Origin: Flavobacterium sp. | Lineage (GTDB): Bacteria > Bacteroidota > Bacteroidia > Flavobacteriales > Flavobacteriaceae | Length of the DNA stretch: 38,578 nucleotides | Assembly (NCBI GenBank): GCA_043772515.1 | Contig: JAYVGE010000052.1 | Location: forward strand, 1 to 38,578 | Direction: 5' to 3' | Part shown: piece after piece, positions 34,958-38,578 of the stretch | Layout: every line of letters begins with the position of its first letter | Position numbering within the stretch: position 1 is the stretch's first letter | The notes under the pieces: generated by a model | Seen by the model: the letters and a program-made list of their open reading frames with translations, nothing else | Told to the model about the DNA's origin: nothing | The model's database searches: none | Made by a program: the position numbers and the translations under genes

Positions 34958-37528
34958 TTGAAAAATATTTTCACAAAAATAACAGCATTTATTCTAATTG
35001 CAATACTAATTTCTGGTTGCAACACAGAAAAGAATGTTCCGAGGGGAAAACAACTTCTTAAAAAAAACGAAGTTTTTGTAAACAATAAAAAAACAAAGGA
35101 CGAAAACATCCAAAATCAATTGTATCAAAAGCCCAATAGTACCATTTTAGGCTACAATTTTAGGTTGAATTTATACAATCTGGCAAAGCAAAATCCGGAT
35201 TCGATATACAAAGCAAAATTCGTAAATGATCCCGAAAAATACAAAAGAAAATCAAAATGGTTGTCGGCAAAACAAGTAGATCAACTTGGAAAATCATTTT
35301 TCTACCTTGGAATTCATGATTTTTTGAAAAAAACAGGGGAGCCACCTGTAATTATCGATCCATCGAAAACAGATAAATCTATCCTCCGATTGAAGCATCA
35401 TTATTTTAATACGGGGTATTTTAATGTCAAAGCACAATCAAAATTAGACTCTCTGTCGCCTAAGAAAGCTAAAATGATTTATACAATTATCACTGGCAAA
35501 GCGTACACTATAGATACATTAAAAACAACGATTCATACTCCAGCCCTAGACTCTTTGTTTCAGGAGAAAAAAGCCAATTCTTTTATAAAAAGCGGAAATC
35601 AGTTTAAAACTGCCGATTTTGAAGAAGAAAAAGATCGTATCGCTACACAATTTAGAAATAATGGTGTTTATAATTTTCAGCCCAACTACGTAACTTTTGA
35701 TATTGACACCATTAATAAATCGGATAAGGCAAATGTAAATTTAATCATTAATAATTATACTTTTCAAGAAAAAGATTCTACCAAAACAGAACCCTTTAAA
35801 ATATACAAAATAAGTGATGTTAATATTTATACTGATTATTCTCCAAACAGAAAAGATCAAATTATAACAGACAGCATAACTCACAATGGGATCAATTTAT
35901 ACAGTCACGAGAAACTAAAGTACAAACCGTTTGCTATAACAGATGCTGTTTTTATTGCAAAAGGATTGCCTTTTGCAGAATTTAAAACCGTTTTGACTAC
36001 GCGCTACCTAAACAATCTGAAAATATTTAATTACCCTAGTATACAATATGAAGTAGATAAAAGAGACAGTACATCACAATCTTTGATTGCCAAAGTGTAC
36101 CTAACTCCCCGTAAAAAGTACAGCTTTGGTTATACGCTAGACGTGAGTCATTCTAATATTCAGGATTTTGGTATTGGTGCCAGTATTTTTGAAACCATCC
36201 GAAACGTATTTAATGGTGCTGAGACATTAGACATTTCTGCTCGAGGCAATATAGGATCTTCTAAGGATTTGGCAAATCCCAACGATCAATTTTTTAATGT
36301 ATACGAATATGGATTAAATCTTAAACTCAATCTTCCTCGAATCTTTTTGCCTTTTGGCACAGAAAAAATAATACCCAAAAGTATGATTCCTTCAACATCG
36401 ATAGCTGCGGGTTTTGCTACTCAAAAAAATATTGGACTCGACAAGGAAAACCTAACGGGTTCTTTTACCTATAATTGGACACCAAAAAGATACAATACGG
36501 CTCGTTTGGATCTTTTTAATGTACAGTTTGTTCGAAATTTGAATCCCGAAAATTACTTTAGAGTCTACAGTTCCTCCTATAGAGCCCTCAACACAATAGC
36601 TCAGAACCCAAAGTACAATGTCGATCGTTCTTATTTTGATGAAAATGGGAATTTGACAATCGAAAAAAGAGGGGCCGATTTGTTTACTTATGACGCTTTA
36701 ACAGGCGTTATACCTCTCACTACTTCCGACTTTCAAAGCGTTAAAAGCACCGCAGAACGAAAATATAGACTTACCGAGAACGATTTTATTCTAGCAACAA
36801 GTTTCACATTTACAAAAACATCAAAAAAAACCCTACAAGACAACGACTTTTATCAGTTCAAAACAAAAATAGAATCGGCAGGATCGCTTTTGACATTAAT
36901 TTCGAGTACTGCTAAATTACCTAAAAATGAAAATGGAAATTACAATATTTTTAATCTAGAATATTCAGAATATCTCAAGACCGAATTCGATTATATTAAA
37001 CATTGGGATTTATCTAAAGAAAAAATAATTGCTTTTAGAGCCTTTTTTGGTATTGCGATTCCGTTTGGGAACTCGAACTACATTCCTTTTTCAAGAAGTT
37101 ATTTTTCTGGAGGGTCAAATGATATAAGAGCTTGGCAACCCTATGCGTTAGGACCAGGGAGTAGTGGTTCTATATATGATTTTAACGAAGCAAATATGAA
37201 ACTTACTATTAGCAGTGAGTTTCGATTTAAAATTTTCGGCAATCTAAAAGGGGCTTTGTTTGCGGATGCTGGAAATGTTTGGAATGTACTAGACGATACC
37301 ATCTATACCTCCGAGGAGCAAAAGGAAACCTTTACAAGTCTAAAAGACTTAAAAACCATTGCATTAGGTTCTGGATTTGGGCTTCGATACGATTTGAGTT
37401 TTTTTGTTGTTCGTTTTGATATTGGTTTCAAGACTTATAATCCAGCCAATCAAATAAGTAAAAAATGGTTTCAAGAATATAATTTCGGGCACTCCGTTTT
37501 AAATTTTGGAATAAATTATCCATTCTAA
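34958..37528 (+). CDS. tamL: Omp85-family translocation and assembly module lipoprotein TamL
   Basis: TTG start, lipobox ISGC, TGEPPVI, POTRA-like region, GGSNDIRAW, FADAGNVW and terminal GINYPF. Confidence 0.88.
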   Translation: MKNIFTKITAFILIAILISGCNTEKNVPRGKQLLKKNEVFVNNKKTKDENIQNQLYQKPNSTILGYNFRLNLYNLAKQNPDSIYKAKFVNDPEKYKRKSKWLSAKQVDQLGKSFFYLGIHDFLKKTGEPPVIIDPSKTDKSILRLKHHYFNTGYFNVKAQSKLDSLSPKKAKMIYTIITGKAYTIDTLKTTIHTPALDSLFQEKKANSFIKSGNQFKTADFEEEKDRIATQFRNNGVYNFQPNYVTFDIDTINKSDKANVNLIINNYTFQEKDSTKTEPFKIYKISDVNIYTDYSPNRKDQIITDSITHNGINLYSHEKLKYKPFAITDAVFIAKGLPFAEFKTVLTTRYLNNLKIFNYPSIQYEVDKRDSTSQSLIAKVYLTPRKKYSFGYTLDVSHSNIQDFGIGASIFETIRNVFNGAETLDISARGNIGSSKDLANPNDQFFNVYEYGLNLKLNLPRIFLPFGTEKIIPKSMIPSTSIAAGFATQKNIGLDKENLTGSFTYNWTPKRYNTARLDLFNVQFVRNLNPENYFRVYSSSYRALNTIAQNPKYNVDRSYFDENGNLTIEKRGADLFTYDALTGVIPLTTSDFQSVKSTAERKYRLTENDFILATSFTFTKTSKKTLQDNDFYQFKTKIESAGSLLTLISSTAKLPKNENGNYNIFNLEYSEYLKTEFDYIKHWDLSKEKIIAFRAFFGIAIPFGNSNYIPFSRSYFSGGSNDIRAWQPYALGPGSSGSIYDFNEANMKLTISSEFRFKIFGNLKGALFADAGNVWNVLDDTIYTSEEQKETFTSLKDLKTIALGSGFGLRYDLSFFVVRFDIGFKTYNPANQISKKWFQEYNFGHSVLNFGINYPF

Positions 37529-37595
37529 TGCTAATTAATCCCTATTTTTGCAAATTCAAACTAAGAACTAAAAAAAACCAATTAAAAAAATCACA

Positions 37596-38578
37596 ATGGC
37601 ACACAAAATCAAACCAGGCGTAGCTACAGGAGATCAAGTACAAGAAATTTTTGATTATGCAAAAGAAAAAGGATTTGCACTTCCTGCAGTAAATGTAACT
37701 GGATCAAGCACTATAAATGGTGTTCTAGAAACCGCTGCAAAACTTAATGCTCCCGTAATTATTCAATTTTCAAATGGTGGAGCACAATTTAATGCGGGAA
37801 AAGGACTTTCGAATGCTGGAGAAAAAGCAGCAATCGCAGGAGGAATAGCTGGTGCTTTACACATTCACACTTTGGCAGAAGCATACGGAGCAACTGTAAT
37901 TTTACATACCGACCATTGTGCCAAAAAATTATTGCCTTGGATTGACGGTTTACTAGATGCTTCCGAAGCACATTTTGCAACAACAGGAAAGCCGTTATTC
38001 AGCTCCCACATGATTGATTTGTCGGAAGAACCAATCGAAGAAAATATCGAAATCTGTAAAGAATATTTGGCTAGAATGAGCAAAATGGGAATGACATTGG
38101 AAATCGAACTTGGTATTACAGGTGGTGAAGAAGATGGCGTTGATAATTCGGATGTAGACAGCTCAAAATTATACACCCAACCAGAAGAAGTAGCGTATGC
38201 CTACGAAGAATTATCTAAAATAAGTCCACGATTTACTATCGCAGCTGCTTTTGGGAATGTTCATGGTGTTTACAAACCTGGAAATGTAAAATTCACACCA
38301 AAAATTCTAAAAAACTCTCAAGATTTTGTTCAAAACAAATTCAACACTGGGAACAATCCAGTAGATTTTGTTTTTCACGGTGGATCTGGTTCTACATTGG
38401 AAGAAATTAGAGAAGGAATTAGCTACGGTGTGGTAAAAATGAACATCGATACCGATTTACAATTTGCATTTACCGAAGGAATTCGTGATTTTATGGTAAA
38501 CAATATTGATTACCTTAAAACTCAAATTGGAAATCCAACCGGTGCTGATGCTCCAAACAAAAAATATTACGATCCAAG
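37596..38578 (+). CDS. fbaA: Class II fructose-bisphosphate aldolase (truncated by the window end)
   Basis: Manual translation: MAHKIKPGVATG...ALPAVN...LHTDHCAKK...FSSHMIDLS...EIELGITGGEEDG...FGNVHGVYKPG...VFHGGSGS. TATTTTTG at 37543-37550. Confidence 0.97.
   Translation, partial: MAHKIKPGVATGDQVQEIFDYAKEKGFALPAVNVTGSSTINGVLETAAKLNAPVIIQFSNGGAQFNAGKGLSNAGEKAAIAGGIAGALHIHTLAEAYGATVILHTDHCAKKLLPWIDGLLDASEAHFATTGKPLFSSHMIDLSEEPIEENIEICKEYLARMSKMGMTLEIELGITGGEEDGVDNSDVDSSKLYTQPEEVAYAYEELSKISPRFTIAAAFGNVHGVYKPGNVKFTPKILKNSQDFVQNKFNTGNNPVDFVFHGGSGSTLEEIREGISYGVVKMNIDTDLQFAFTEGIRDFMVNNIDYLKTQIGNPTGADAPNKKYYDP

Noticed and set aside
34921-35109. Apparent trmH/tamL coding overlap
   Set aside because: Artefact of longest-ORF calling; the methyltransferase plausibly starts at 34920.

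Overview
AT-rich chromosomal segment from a Flavobacterium-like Bacteroidota genome. The assignment rests on TAnnTTTG -7 promoter elements, A-rich leaders without Shine-Dalgarno sites, and porT/tamL genes. Content is mostly core genes: class II HMG-CoA reductase (partial), a DPP-IV peptidase followed by three POT peptide transporters and a thioredoxin, comEC, lpxB, surE, a C-terminal protease, membrane and soluble pyrophosphatases, a DUF5686 outer-membrane protein, pdhB, etfBA, a DUF151 nuclease, thyA, 2TM-folA, menG/ubiE, porT, an Rpn-family nuclease, a TrmH methyltransferase, tamL and fbaA (partial). The unusual material is intergenic. (1) A three-block non-coding element occurs twice about 28 kb apart; it begins with ATGA and ends exactly on the start codon of two unrelated genes (a dead DUF433 antitoxin and porT). 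(2) Three pseudogenes with internal deletions (ORF6N, DUF433, DUF5615) lie inside the peptide-uptake locus. (3) Several families of small palindromic repeats and an inverted heptamer array are present. (4) The first ~97 bp are a GC-rich RimP-like fragment fused in frame to the reductase, probably a chimeric contig end. The membrane PPase also has a long Cys-rich C-terminal tail. All protein family calls are from motif recognition by eye; no searches were run.
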